Source: a virus
IMG/VR virus record: IMGVR_UViG_3300032294_001228
Span: 54,685 to 118,684 of that record
DNA length: 64,000 nucleotides
Direction: 5' to 3' (one strand)
The first letter of the stretch is position 1, and each line of letters opens with the position of its first letter. Position numbers and translations under genes: made by a program. The notes under the pieces were generated by a model that saw only the letters and a program-made list of their open reading frames with translations, was not told the origin of the DNA and did not search any database. Of the stretch, positions 27,831 to 37,823 are shown piece after piece.

Positions 27831-28181
27831 ATGAGTAAAATTTCAATTAAAATAACAGAAGTAGATCAGAGATCAAGATCGATCGTTGTAAAATTTGCCA
27901 GTGAACAGAGTTTAAAACCATTAGATGATTATGATGGATTAGCATTTAATATTGCTAATTTTAATTCTGTAACACCTGAAGAATTTATAGCAAGTATAAA
28001 ACCTCAATTAAGTAAAATGGTAGCAGTTAGAGATCAAGCAGAAAGAATAGTAGAATCATTGGATCTGAGTGGTTGGATAAATTATACGACTACTGTTGAC
28101 AGTATTGAAATATTCGAAGTTGATCCAGCAGTTTCTCAACAAATCTTGATAGGTTTGGCTAATCCGGAAGTAGTCTTATGA
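27831..28181 (+). CDS. Hypothetical protein (fibre-associated)
   Basis: 116 aa; AAGGA RBS. Confidence 0.65.
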   Translation: MSKISIKITEVDQRSRSIVVKFASEQSLKPLDDYDGLAFNIANFNSVTPEEFIASIKPQLSKMVAVRDQAERIVESLDLSGWINYTTTVDSIEIFEVDPAVSQQILIGLANPEVVL

Positions 28182-28690
28182 TCTTAAATAATAGTGTGAA
28201 CGCAGGCAATTTTATCTACTGTATGGCCTATTTTGGTCCACACGAAACCAACACCTATCTCAATGATGGTGATGGACATTATCATCAATTCATTTATATC
28301 GTAGAAGGTCGCGGCAGTGGTACTATAACAGCTACACCCGACGGTGAAGTTATACGATATGAAGATGGAGATAGTCAAGGTCAATTAATTGATCTAAGTC
28401 CGGCTAAAGGATACTATCATACAACTAAAACACAAGACGTTAGCCTAACAACTATAATGTTTAATCCAATACCTGCATCTAGGATATTGGATGTAGAAAT
28501 AGTCAAAGGTCCTATAATCAAAACAGCCGCCGCTACAGATAAAAGAGTTACTGTGGTCTGCATTACTGGTCCAATTACTGCCAATGATAAAACTCTGGTA
28601 AGCCTACAACATGCCAAAATATTTCCAGGTAAAACTGCTGAACTAAACCTACCAGAAAACACAGTCTGCGCCCTAGTGTCTGATAAGTAA
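28178..28690 (+). CDS. Cupin-like hypothetical protein
   Basis: HYHQFIYIVEGRG beta-barrel-like motif. Confidence 0.5.
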   Translation: MILNNSVNAGNFIYCMAYFGPHETNTYLNDGDGHYHQFIYIVEGRGSGTITATPDGEVIRYEDGDSQGQLIDLSPAKGYYHTTKTQDVSLTTIMFNPIPASRILDVEIVKGPIIKTAAATDKRVTVVCITGPITANDKTLVSLQHAKIFPGKTAELNLPENTVCALVSDK

Positions 28691-28720
28691 TTATATACAT
28701 ACTTTATTCAGGGCGATCCA

Positions 28721-29959
28721 ATGGAACAATACGTAGTTACAGGTATAGGCATCTACAATAGCCTTGGCAAATCAGCTGAAGAAAGTTGGCGTAACCTACT
28801 AGCAGGTCAGTCAGCAGTTGGTCAAATCTCGTGGCCTGCGGATGATCCTACATCATATCCAGCAACATACTCTAGCGTAGCTAAAACACGTATTGCTGCC
28901 CCAGCTACAAAACTCACAGAAGATGACCTACACCCAGAACATTTTGACTATGGTTGGCGACATTGGGATCCTAATACTCGTGCTTGCTTGATGAGTGTTG
29001 ATGAAGCAGTGCGTGACAGTGGACTAGCATCGAAACGTGCCGGTGTTATCATTACTACTTTTGGTAGTGGAACAAGCCTAAGATTAGATTTGTTTAATGC
29101 TATAGACAAGGGTCGCACCAAATATCCTCCACGTAAAGTATTAAATATCGGGCTAGATTTTCCTGCCGCACAGGTAGCGGCTATCTATGGATTCAGTGGT
29201 ACAAATACTGCTATGGACAGTGCCTGCACTACAGGTATAACATCAATCGATTATGCTATCACCAGTCTCAAAGCAGACCCTAACCTAGATGCAATGATAG
29301 TAGGTGGTGCAGATCATCTATGCGAACCTATTAATATATTTTGGTTCCAAAGCCTCGGCGCATTATGTCCTAGTGACAATCCCCAAGACAATCGTCCATT
29401 TGATGTTAACCGCAGTGGTTTCGTCATGGGAGAAGGTGCAGCTACTATGGTTATTGAGCCGCTAAGTAAAGCCCAAGCCCGTGGTGCTAAAATCTACGGT
29501 GCTATCCTCAGCACAAACTTATACACATTGTTTGACAGCGACACCAGTCCAGATCCCACAGGTATTGGCGCACGTACCTGTGTGCAAGGTGCACTTGATA
29601 AAGCAGGCATCACAGCCAATGATGTAGACTTTGTTAACGCTCATGCTACCAGTACACCTGTCGGTGATGAAATAGAATTTAATGCCATGGCCAGCTTAAC
29701 ACCAGGTCGCACCATGGTTAGTAATAAAGGACAAATTGGACATAGTATGAGCACTGCTGGTATAGTTGAAACTATCTATACCCTACAAGGCATGCGTGAT
29801 AGTCAAGTTCCAGGTAATGCAAACCTAATAGATCCACTAGGTCACGGTATGACTCTACCCACAGAATCAGTAGAATTAGATGTTAAATACGCTATAAAGA
29901 ATAGTTTTGGATTTGGAGGAAGAAATGCCAGCATGGTTCTCGCTAGAATGGATAGCTAG
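28721..29959 (+). CDS. fabF: Beta-ketoacyl-ACP synthase II (FabF-like ketosynthase)
   Basis: VVTGIG, DSACTTG (Cys), RPFD..RSGFVMGEGA, NAHATST (His), KGQIGH (His), KNSFGFGGRNAS. Confidence 0.93.
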   Translation: MEQYVVTGIGIYNSLGKSAEESWRNLLAGQSAVGQISWPADDPTSYPATYSSVAKTRIAAPATKLTEDDLHPEHFDYGWRHWDPNTRACLMSVDEAVRDSGLASKRAGVIITTFGSGTSLRLDLFNAIDKGRTKYPPRKVLNIGLDFPAAQVAAIYGFSGTNTAMDSACTTGITSIDYAITSLKADPNLDAMIVGGADHLCEPINIFWFQSLGALCPSDNPQDNRPFDVNRSGFVMGEGAATMVIEPLSKAQARGAKIYGAILSTNLYTLFDSDTSPDPTGIGARTCVQGALDKAGITANDVDFVNAHATSTPVGDEIEFNAMASLTPGRTMVSNKGQIGHSMSTAGIVETIYTLQGMRDSQVPGNANLIDPLGHGMTLPTESVELDVKYAIKNSFGFGGRNASMVLARMDS

Positions 29960-30731
29960 ACAACTAAGACCTAGTCGTTGGTTTGCTAGCCTGATGCAGA
30001 TCACTGTATTCGTTGCTATTGCCTATGCCGTAAGTCTAGATGCCGCATGGTATTGGTGGGCAGGCACTGTATTCTTTTATCTAATCGTTTACTCGATGAT
30101 TGGTAATAACATCGCCCTACACAGATATTTTACACACGGGCACTTCTCAGTCAGCCGTCCTGTTGAATGGTTATTCTTATGGACCGGCAGTATGATTGGG
30201 CTTGGTGAGCCTTTAAGTTATGCTATGACTCATGCTGTACATCACAAATACAGTGATCAACCTGGTATCGACCCTCATGGTCCTACCAACGGCAAACGTT
30301 CAATCTTTATTTGGTTCCAACGTGAAGTAGATCCTGCTAAGACTCCTATCGTTAGTAAACATATCGTGGGATTAAGTCGTAAGTGGGGGTGGTTACATCG
30401 TTTTTATGTTCCATTTGTAGTAGTTAACGCCGCTATACTTTATCTGATAGATCCTTATGTATTCTTGTTCCTATGGTTGATACCAGCTGGTATCGCCTGT
30501 TGGGGCATTGGCTGGGCAGTATGGCGTCAACATTGGCACAGAACTCCGAACAATAGTCCATTGCATCGATGGGATTGGGTCTATGAAGGCCTACACTTAA
30601 ATCATCATGATTGGCCTATGGCTCCTAATACTGCTGTGCGTCCTGGGGAAATAGATTGGACTCATGAATTCAGCAAGATATTCAGACCTAAATTCAATTG
30701 GCAAGGACAACCTACAGATGTCAAAGAATAA
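29925..30731 (+). CDS. Membrane fatty acid desaturase (delta-9-like), paralog A
   Basis: His boxes HRYFTH, HAVHH, HLNHH; DPH; GGAGGA RBS before ATG 29925. Confidence 0.88.
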   Translation: MPAWFSLEWIARQLRPSRWFASLMQITVFVAIAYAVSLDAAWYWWAGTVFFYLIVYSMIGNNIALHRYFTHGHFSVSRPVEWLFLWTGSMIGLGEPLSYAMTHAVHHKYSDQPGIDPHGPTNGKRSIFIWFQREVDPAKTPIVSKHIVGLSRKWGWLHRFYVPFVVVNAAILYLIDPYVFLFLWLIPAGIACWGIGWAVWRQHWHRTPNNSPLHRWDWVYEGLHLNHHDWPMAPNTAVRPGEIDWTHEFSKIFRPKFNWQGQPTDVKE

Positions 30732-31455
30732 GTGGATCCTACAACCTAACTACGTATGGATGACACTCATGCAGGTCATGCTACCTGTGTACGTTTATCT
30801 TGCGTGGGGTGCTGAACTGCACTGGTGGTTACTGGCTTTTGTATTCTATTTCCTATATCTCTGTATCGGCAACAATATTGGCATGCATCGCTACTATAGC
30901 CACAGATACTTTGAGATGAGTAAACCTGTAGAATACTTTGTAGCTTGGTGTGCGTTTATGGCCTGCTTGGGTAGTCCACTGAGCTATGTAAACATACACA
31001 ATGTCCATCACAAACACAATGACACTGGATTAGATCCACATGGTCGCCAACGTGGATGGAAGTCAGTGCTGTTTTGGTATCACAAACATCTATGGCCCTG
31101 TGATATGATATTCACACGTAATCTACTAAAACTAACAGCACGTTATAAACTGTTACATGATTACTATTGGTTATGGGTATTTGGCTGTGCTGGTTTGATG
31201 TATGTCCTAGGTGGATGGAATGTCCTATTATTCTGTTGGTTATTGCCTGCTAGTTTAACATTATGGGCCGTGGCATTTGTTCTATTATTACAACACGACA
31301 ATGCGGGTCCTAGCAACACACGAGCATACATGTGGTTTGGCTTTGGGGAAACATGGCACAAAAATCATCATGACGATCCTAGTTTAGTCGATCATAGTCT
31401 AGGCCAAGGTGTAGACTGGACCTACAAAATAACAAGGATCTTGGCAAAAAAATGA
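30718..31455 (+). CDS. Membrane fatty acid desaturase (delta-9-like), paralog B
   Basis: His boxes HRYYSH, HNVHH, GETWHKNHH; AAGGA before ATG 30718. Confidence 0.88.
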   Translation: MSKNKWILQPNYVWMTLMQVMLPVYVYLAWGAELHWWLLAFVFYFLYLCIGNNIGMHRYYSHRYFEMSKPVEYFVAWCAFMACLGSPLSYVNIHNVHHKHNDTGLDPHGRQRGWKSVLFWYHKHLWPCDMIFTRNLLKLTARYKLLHDYYWLWVFGCAGLMYVLGGWNVLLFCWLLPASLTLWAVAFVLLLQHDNAGPSNTRAYMWFGFGETWHKNHHDDPSLVDHSLGQGVDWTYKITRILAKK

Positions 31456-32099
31456 TTATAGGTATTACCGGAGATAGTATTGGTATTGGTAAGGCATTAA
31501 AAGACAAGTTCATTGAACAAGGACATATAGTTAAAGGATTTAGTCGTTCCAATGGATATGATGTGTCAGATGCAAAAATTCAAAACAAAATCATCGAACA
31601 AATAGTAGATTGTGACATTTTTATTAATAATGCTTATGCAGGACATGCACAAGCCGCAATGTTGACAAAATTAATAACTTTATGGAAAGATACAGACAAA
31701 TTAATAGTCAACATGAACAGCAAGGTTGCTCTTGCTCCACCAGTGCATCACCCAAAAATACAAAAGCAATCGAAACAGATTCAAGATTTTTTTGCTGACT
31801 ATTACATAAACAAAACAACACAGAATCAAATTATTGCCAACACATTGTTTATGGCATCACCAAAAATATTAAATGTGTTTTGTGGATTTGTTGATACTAA
31901 ATCTGCGGAATTTTTTAAATCACCTAATAAATTAACAGCCATTGATGTGGCTGAACTACTTTTAGATCTCATCAAGTATAAAGATAGAATATATATTCAA
32001 CAGATTACATTTGACGCGGTGGGTATTGATTATAATACTGTAGATTATGATTTTGATGCTATAATAACGTGGGGTTTACGTAACAAGTCAAATATATGA
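31452..32099 (+). CDS. Short-chain dehydrogenase/reductase
   Basis: ITGDSIGIG, FINNA, YYINK (YxxxK), GFVDT. Confidence 0.8.
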   Translation: MIIGITGDSIGIGKALKDKFIEQGHIVKGFSRSNGYDVSDAKIQNKIIEQIVDCDIFINNAYAGHAQAAMLTKLITLWKDTDKLIVNMNSKVALAPPVHHPKIQKQSKQIQDFFADYYINKTTQNQIIANTLFMASPKILNVFCGFVDTKSAEFFKSPNKLTAIDVAELLLDLIKYKDRIYIQQITFDAVGIDYNTVDYDFDAIITWGLRNKSNI

Positions 32100-32716
32100 A
32101 CAGTTTTATCCAAGTCAAAGAAACCCAACTAGATTTAGAACGCCTTAAACGTGATGCTCGCAGGATCAATAACAAAGTCTGTCGGCAACTAGGCCATCTA
32201 GAAGTTCCCGGCGATACAGCATATCAATCAACCCTCAAAGCTCAATTAGATGCAGCTCCTATGAGTAGCCGGTTACACGACTACTATAACGTGTTCTCAT
32301 TTCCCTACGATGGTATCAATGAATTATACAGGGAAGTATGTGCGTTCTTCAAAGAAATCTGTGAATATGATCAACCCTACTATATACACGCTTGGTTAAA
32401 TTACCTACAAAAAGATGATAGTGTGCCCTGGCATAACCATTGGGGTGCTCTAAGCGGACTTACACAGACCTATGTTTGTAGTGCTTATATTAACGCAGAA
32501 CCCAGCAATACCATATATAAATTTCCAGATGGGCACGTTTACGAAATAGAGAATCGCAACAATACTATAACCTTATATGAAGACATAGGTGACACACATA
32601 TGGTAGAACCCTGGACTGGTGATGAACCCAGGATCACTATCAGCATGGATATGGTGCCTATGAAATACATACAAGGAACGCCATTTTTACTCAATACTTG
32701 GATGCCTGTAGTATAA
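32096..32716 (+). CDS. Putative 2OG-Fe(II) oxygenase
   Basis: AWLN...WHNH...THMVEP...RITISMD double-stranded beta-helix pattern. Confidence 0.65.
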   Translation: MNSFIQVKETQLDLERLKRDARRINNKVCRQLGHLEVPGDTAYQSTLKAQLDAAPMSSRLHDYYNVFSFPYDGINELYREVCAFFKEICEYDQPYYIHAWLNYLQKDDSVPWHNHWGALSGLTQTYVCSAYINAEPSNTIYKFPDGHVYEIENRNNTITLYEDIGDTHMVEPWTGDEPRITISMDMVPMKYIQGTPFLLNTWMPVV

Positions 32717-32746
32717 ATAATACTAGTATATAATTAAGGACTTAGA

Positions 32747-33460
32747 ATGAAACGACTAGTATTAGCATTAAGCCTATTTTTAAGCGCAACGGCTTGGGCA
32801 GGCATCAATCAAACGTGTGGGCAATTCACAGCCGCAGGGGTACCACAATACTCACCCAAAACAGGTGATCAAGAGATCTGCCATAAGAATTATGCTGTTA
32901 TCCATAGTTGTGCTGTAAAAGCACCTATCGCAGTATTCGAGCACTTGACACCAGCGGCCATGTCAGGAACAGCAACACGCAAAGACGACTTCCGTCCGGA
33001 TCCACAGGTAACATTTGCTTGTTCAGCTAGTTTAGCGGACTATGCTTCTGTAGGTAAGACACACGATCGTGGACACATGAGTCCAGCCAAAAATAACACT
33101 ATCAATCCAGAAATTATGAGTGAAAGTTTCTTTTTGAGCAATATGGTTCCACAGGTTGCTAACAACAATCGCGGTATCTGGAAACAGTTAGAAATGCAAG
33201 AACGCCAATGGGCAACGGCTCCGGGCACAGATTTCTACATCATCTCAGGTGGTATCTATGATGCAGGACACGCTAAAACTGGTAACGGTCTAGGTATTCC
33301 TACACGCCTATATAAGATCATCATCGAGAAAAATAGCAAGAAAGTTATGGCATACTTAATGCCCAATCAAGCACTACCAGTGGCAGATTTGCCTAAATAT
33401 CAAACTACTGTGGCAGAAGTTGAAAAAGCTACAGGATTTAAATTTCAATTACCTAAATAA
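32747..33460 (+). CDS. Secreted DNA/RNA non-specific endonuclease (NucA/Serratia type)
   Basis: Signal peptide (ATAWA), DRGHMSP, FFLSNMVPQ, NRGIWKQLE, IPTRLYK; TATAAATA at about 32712. Confidence 0.9.
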   Translation: MKRLVLALSLFLSATAWAGINQTCGQFTAAGVPQYSPKTGDQEICHKNYAVIHSCAVKAPIAVFEHLTPAAMSGTATRKDDFRPDPQVTFACSASLADYASVGKTHDRGHMSPAKNNTINPEIMSESFFLSNMVPQVANNNRGIWKQLEMQERQWATAPGTDFYIISGGIYDAGHAKTGNGLGIPTRLYKIIIEKNSKKVMAYLMPNQALPVADLPKYQTTVAEVEKATGFKFQLPK

Positions 33461-33461
33461 T

Positions 33462-33833
33462 ATGACAAATACTAACGAATTTTGGGGTTATCATCTAATA
33501 CTTGACTGTCGTGCTTGCCACGTGCCTAGCATACAGAGCAGAGACAACGTATATAATTGGATTAAACATCTGGTTAAAGCGATAGACATGGAGCCAATCG
33601 GTGAACCCCGCATCGAATATACCGCCGCAGAATTTCCTGATAAAGCAGGCTTCACAGCTATACAGGTTATCGTAACATCCAGCATCGTAGCACATTTTAT
33701 AGACTCAACAGGTGATGTTTATATCGATGTGTTTAGCTGTAAAGAGTTCGATAATGCCACTGTAATAGCCAGTATCAAAGATGCATTTATGCCTCAACGC
33801 ATACGCACTAACTATTTGACCCGCCAAGCATAA
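33462..33833 (+). CDS. speD: S-adenosylmethionine decarboxylase (prokaryotic class)
   Basis: GYHLILD, GFTAIQVIVTSSIVAHF, YIDVFSCKEF; start at ATG 33462. Confidence 0.75.
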   Translation: MTNTNEFWGYHLILDCRACHVPSIQSRDNVYNWIKHLVKAIDMEPIGEPRIEYTAAEFPDKAGFTAIQVIVTSSIVAHFIDSTGDVYIDVFSCKEFDNATVIASIKDAFMPQRIRTNYLTRQA

Positions 33834-33868
33834 AAAGCGTATAATAGTATTTGCGATAAATACTAGAT

Positions 33869-34402
33869 ATGCGATCAAACGAACTAATCAGAGCTACAGA
33901 GAACACTAAAATCTACCTAGACATGGATGGTGTTCTTGCAGACTTTTTTGCAGAATATGCCAAATTAGCAGGTGTAAAAAACTACAGAGATATTCCACCA
34001 GCCAGTGCGGACCCTACACTTAATAAGATGGTAGGCACAGATTTTTTCAGCAGATTACCAAAATTCCCCACAGCAGACAGCCTAGTAAAACTAGTATTAA
34101 AATACGTGAAATCATATGGTATATGCTCTAGTCCTTTGCGTGGTGATTTTAAAAATAGCGAACAACATAAACGTATCTGGATTAAAAATCATCTACATCC
34201 GCAACCCGCAGAAATCATCATTACCAGTCAAAAAGAACAACACGCTGTTAATGCAGATGGTAGCCCTAATATATTGATAGATGATCGCGGTGTAAATATC
34301 GTGGCTTGGCGTGCCCGAGGCGGTATTGGTATCAAGTATCAGGCCGATGAAGACAGTTTAGATGTAGTGGCACGAGGATTAGCACATGCTTTCGGACGTT
34401 AA
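33869..34402 (+). CDS. HAD-family 5'(3')-deoxyribonucleotidase-like protein
   Basis: IYLDMDGVLADF, SSP, K, ILIDDR. Confidence 0.85.
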   Translation: MRSNELIRATENTKIYLDMDGVLADFFAEYAKLAGVKNYRDIPPASADPTLNKMVGTDFFSRLPKFPTADSLVKLVLKYVKSYGICSSPLRGDFKNSEQHKRIWIKNHLHPQPAEIIITSQKEQHAVNADGSPNILIDDRGVNIVAWRARGGIGIKYQADEDSLDVVARGLAHAFGR

Positions 34403-35138
34403 TTTATTTGAAGGTGGTAACGTTTTCAAGGATGCTAAAGGACAACCTTTAACTTCTCGTATCTCTCGTGAAAATGTAGTTGCTACTGTGCAATGGTTAG
34501 AACAATTAACTGGACTTAACCTACAAGATAATATGCTAGGGTCAACAGGTCGTGCTGAGACCTCAGGTGATTTGGATCTAGGGGTTGACAGTACCAAAGT
34601 TTCAAAAGATGTATTAATCAAGCAATTATTAAAACGTGGTATTAAAGCCGACGACATTAAAAAATCAGGTGATGCTGTACATGTTAAAACTCCTATCCTA
34701 GGTGATGCTAATAACGGTTTCGTACAGACAGATTTCATGTTCAGCGATAATCCCACACTACAAAGTTTTAGTCTAATGGGTGGTGCAGAAGGTAGCCAGT
34801 TTAAAGGATTACATCGTGCCATACTAATGGCTAGTATTGCCAAAGCACAGAACATGAAATGGTCACCAAAGTTTGGATTAGTTGATCGCGGCACAGATGA
34901 AGTCATCACAGCAGATCCAAAAGAGATCGCAGTGAAATTACTAGGTCAGGGTAATACCCCAAAGGATCTAACATCAGTGGAAACTATCATCAAAGCCATC
35001 AAGGATCGACCAGACTTTGAGCAATTAGTAGCAGATGCCAAAGAAAATTTCGGCCGTGACAATCTAGTATTACCAGAAAGCAGGCCTTTGCCAGGTACGG
35101 GTGCTTGGTTCCGTGCTTGGAAGAATAGGAGCATATAA
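34386..35138 (+). CDS. Pol-beta-superfamily nucleotidyltransferase-like protein
   Basis: LGSTG...SGDLDLGVD...VQTDFM (GS, DxD, third D). Confidence 0.6.
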   Translation: MLSDVNLFEGGNVFKDAKGQPLTSRISRENVVATVQWLEQLTGLNLQDNMLGSTGRAETSGDLDLGVDSTKVSKDVLIKQLLKRGIKADDIKKSGDAVHVKTPILGDANNGFVQTDFMFSDNPTLQSFSLMGGAEGSQFKGLHRAILMASIAKAQNMKWSPKFGLVDRGTDEVITADPKEIAVKLLGQGNTPKDLTSVETIIKAIKDRPDFEQLVADAKENFGRDNLVLPESRPLPGTGAWFRAWKNRSI

Positions 35139-35683
35139 TGAGAGCTAAAGATTTCATAAACAAAATTGTAGAAGCAAATTTACCACAGGCTAGGGTACCT
35201 CAGAGTAAACAACCTAAACTTAAATTATCTCCGTTAATAAAAGGATTAGTTTATCATTGGTTTTTAATATATGATGGTGCACATAATTCTACTGAGCCAG
35301 AAATAGTTGCCGATCGTGCAGGATATCTACAAGATTTAAATAAAATAACTAAAGTATTAACACAGCAAGGATTTACTATACAATGGGTTGATAATCTACC
35401 AGATCTAGGAGATGGTGGAGGCGGTGAGGGAGTTTATCTCACACACGTTGCTAGTAAGCAAAGCATGGCCATTGATCAATATGATATAGAACAAGATTTT
35501 GAGAAATTTGCAGGTCCAGCGGCTAAAGCTATCTTTGGTACTCTAGAAGAAGCGACTAAAGACGCCTGCTACCATAAAGTTAAAAGCCGCTATAAAGTTT
35601 GGCCCAGTGCTTACGCAAGTGGTGCATTAGTAAGATGTCGAAAAGTAGGTGCTAAGAATTGGGGTAATAAGAGCAAAAAATGA
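35138..35683 (+). CDS. Modular hypothetical protein with a basic C-terminal module
   Basis: MRAKDF; C-terminal LEE|ATKDACYHKVKSRYKVWPSAYASGALVRCRK. Confidence 0.65.
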   Translation: MRAKDFINKIVEANLPQARVPQSKQPKLKLSPLIKGLVYHWFLIYDGAHNSTEPEIVADRAGYLQDLNKITKVLTQQGFTIQWVDNLPDLGDGGGGEGVYLTHVASKQSMAIDQYDIEQDFEKFAGPAAKAIFGTLEEATKDACYHKVKSRYKVWPSAYASGALVRCRKVGAKNWGNKSKK

Positions 35684-36411
35684 AATCGATTGAATTTATC
35701 ATTGAACGCTGTTGGAAAGGCTACAAGCAGGTGGGTGGCAAGAAAAAAGGTGGCCGCATGGTTCCTAACTGCGTGCCTGTAGAAGAGTCACGTCGCGACC
35801 CTACAGAATTGTTCAAACCCGAAGACAGCGAGTTAGATGATCTGCATCACAAATACATAGCCACTTGGACTATGTTAGATCATCACATATTGGAAAAGAC
35901 CTATGCGTTCGCAGACGATGATACTGCTGAACAGTTCATTGACATGGTAAACGAATTTAGTGAAGTCATGGATCACAATGCGGTAATCACGCAGGACAAT
36001 GCAGAAGTCAAACTACAGATCACTACCAATGATGTCAAAGGCCTAACCATACTAGATTTTGAATTTGCCTTGCGTGCAGATGATGCGGCTGACACACTAG
36101 ATGGTCAATCTCAAGGTCATCCAACAAACGCTGTGAACGAAAATCTACGTGACTGGTTTGGTAAAGGCAAGCAAGGTGGTGCAGGTGGTGGAGGTTGGGA
36201 CAGATATAATACCAAAGGTGAACGCATAGGCAAGTGTGGAGATCGTAAGCCAGGTGAAGGTAAACCTAAATGCCTAAGCAAGAGCAAAGCCGCGGCACTC
36301 CGAGCTAAAGGTGGTAAGAAAGCTATCGCAGCTGCCGTAAGACGTAAACGTAGTAAAGATACAAATCCTGAACGCAAAGGTCCAGCCATAAACGTGAGCA
36401 ATAAGATATGA
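35680..36411 (+). CDS. Modular protein: CWKGY module, pterin-4a-carbinolamine dehydratase-like domain, basic module
   Basis: W...LEKTYAF...FI..V...SE.MDHNA...V.L.ITTNDVKGLT.LDFEFA PCD fold, flanked by VEES and VNEN. Confidence 0.65.
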   Translation: MKSIEFIIERCWKGYKQVGGKKKGGRMVPNCVPVEESRRDPTELFKPEDSELDDLHHKYIATWTMLDHHILEKTYAFADDDTAEQFIDMVNEFSEVMDHNAVITQDNAEVKLQITTNDVKGLTILDFEFALRADDAADTLDGQSQGHPTNAVNENLRDWFGKGKQGGAGGGGWDRYNTKGERIGKCGDRKPGEGKPKCLSKSKAAALRAKGGKKAIAAAVRRKRSKDTNPERKGPAINVSNKI

Positions 36412-37823
36412 GAGCTAGAGACCTAACTAAAGGCAACATAGCCTATCACGATGAGCTGAATCCCCAAGTATGGAATGGTCGCGACTTACGAGTCGATGTC
36501 CGCTATAAACTATTAGAGATAGCCAAACGTTTCATTGAATATCTAGAAGTTCCCAACTTTAAATTAGAAGATGTGATCTTACGTGGTAGCTTAGTAAATT
36601 ATAACTATACTGCCTATAGTGACTTTGACTTACACATCGTCACAGACTTTAGTACACTAGACTGCGACATCACAGAAGCATTCTACATGGCTAAGAAACG
36701 TATATGGAACGATGAGCATGATATCACTATCAAAGGTCATGAAGTAGAATTATATGTAGAAAACAAGGATGCTAAGAATGTATCAGAAGGTACCTACAGC
36801 GTGTTAGATGCTCGATGGTTACGGACTCCAAAATATCAACAGCCAGATATTGACGATCGTGCTGTTAACGCTAAAGCTCGCGATCTAATGACCCAGATAA
36901 ATCGTGCTATTAAGTCTGGCAGTGTAGAAGATATCACACGCTTACAAGACAAGATCAAAACCCTGCGTCAAGGTGGATTAAATCGTGCTGGTGAGTTCTC
37001 AACAGAGAATCTAGCGTTTAAGATCATACGTAACAAAGGTTATCTAGATCGCTTGTACAAAAACAAAAACTCTAAATTTGATCAAGAACTAAGTTTAGAT
37101 GAAGATATAAAAACAAATACACTCATGGCGGCATTGATAGCAGCATTGAGCGGTACGCCAGCACAGGCAGACTATTACTGTAATCCAGAAACCACACAGG
37201 CACATCCTAATCAATCACAAAATGCTATAACAATAATGAGAGGAATCAACAACGTTAAAAATCTAGAACGTGCTGGTATGCATATAGAAGCTGTTGGTGA
37301 AGCGGCCAAACTATTTAAAAATATCAGCAAGATGCCTAACAAAGATTGTGTTGCACCTATAGTAAAAGATCAACTACCACCACTACAAGATTCTGTAAAT
37401 GAACGCAAGAAATCTAAAAAGAAACGATCAAAGCGTAGATATCCTGCGGGTGGATATTATGGATACTATTGGGGCGGACATAATGATAGCTCAGACAGTG
37501 CTGGTGATGCTGGAGGTGGTGGAGATGGCGGCGGCGAAAGCATGTACGAAAGCCAAGCGAGATTAGATCCTGAAGTAGAAGAATTCCTAGATGGATTAAC
37601 TCCAGATGATGTCGGCTATGATCTAGTAGGTGATTACATTGTCCACTATGAAGGATTTACTGATCAATGCCAAGACTCTGAAGAATATCAAAATGATCCA
37701 GAAGCAGTATTCAATGATGTATGGGGTGATTTTAAGCGTCGCATGGGTGACAAAGATCCCGTTAATTATGGCATAGTTGGCGAGCATGACTATCCTATTG
37801 TCTATAGTGTGTTTAGAAAATGA
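36408..37823 (+). CDS. Pol-beta-superfamily nucleotidyltransferase plus C-terminal modules
   Basis: LRGSLVNYNYTAYSDFDLH...VELYVE...GEFSTENLAFK. Confidence 0.7.
   Translation: MRARDLTKGNIAYHDELNPQVWNGRDLRVDVRYKLLEIAKRFIEYLEVPNFKLEDVILRGSLVNYNYTAYSDFDLHIVTDFSTLDCDITEAFYMAKKRIWNDEHDITIKGHEVELYVENKDAKNVSEGTYSVLDARWLRTPKYQQPDIDDRAVNAKARDLMTQINRAIKSGSVEDITRLQDKIKTLRQGGLNRAGEFSTENLAFKIIRNKGYLDRLYKNKNSKFDQELSLDEDIKTNTLMAALIAALSGTPAQADYYCNPETTQAHPNQSQNAITIMRGINNVKNLERAGMHIEAVGEAAKLFKNISKMPNKDCVAPIVKDQLPPLQDSVNERKKSKKKRSKRRYPAGGYYGYYWGGHNDSSDSAGDAGGGGDGGGESMYESQARLDPEVEEFLDGLTPDDVGYDLVGDYIVHYEGFTDQCQDSEEYQNDPEAVFNDVWGDFKRRMGDKDPVNYGIVGEHDYPIVYSVFRK

Noticed and set aside
34379-34909. Long antisense ORFs (34379..34909, 41915..42325, 47720..48061 and the other short minus or alternate-frame ORFs)
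   Set aside because: They are shadows of well-supported genes, with no RBS, promoter or recognisable motif.
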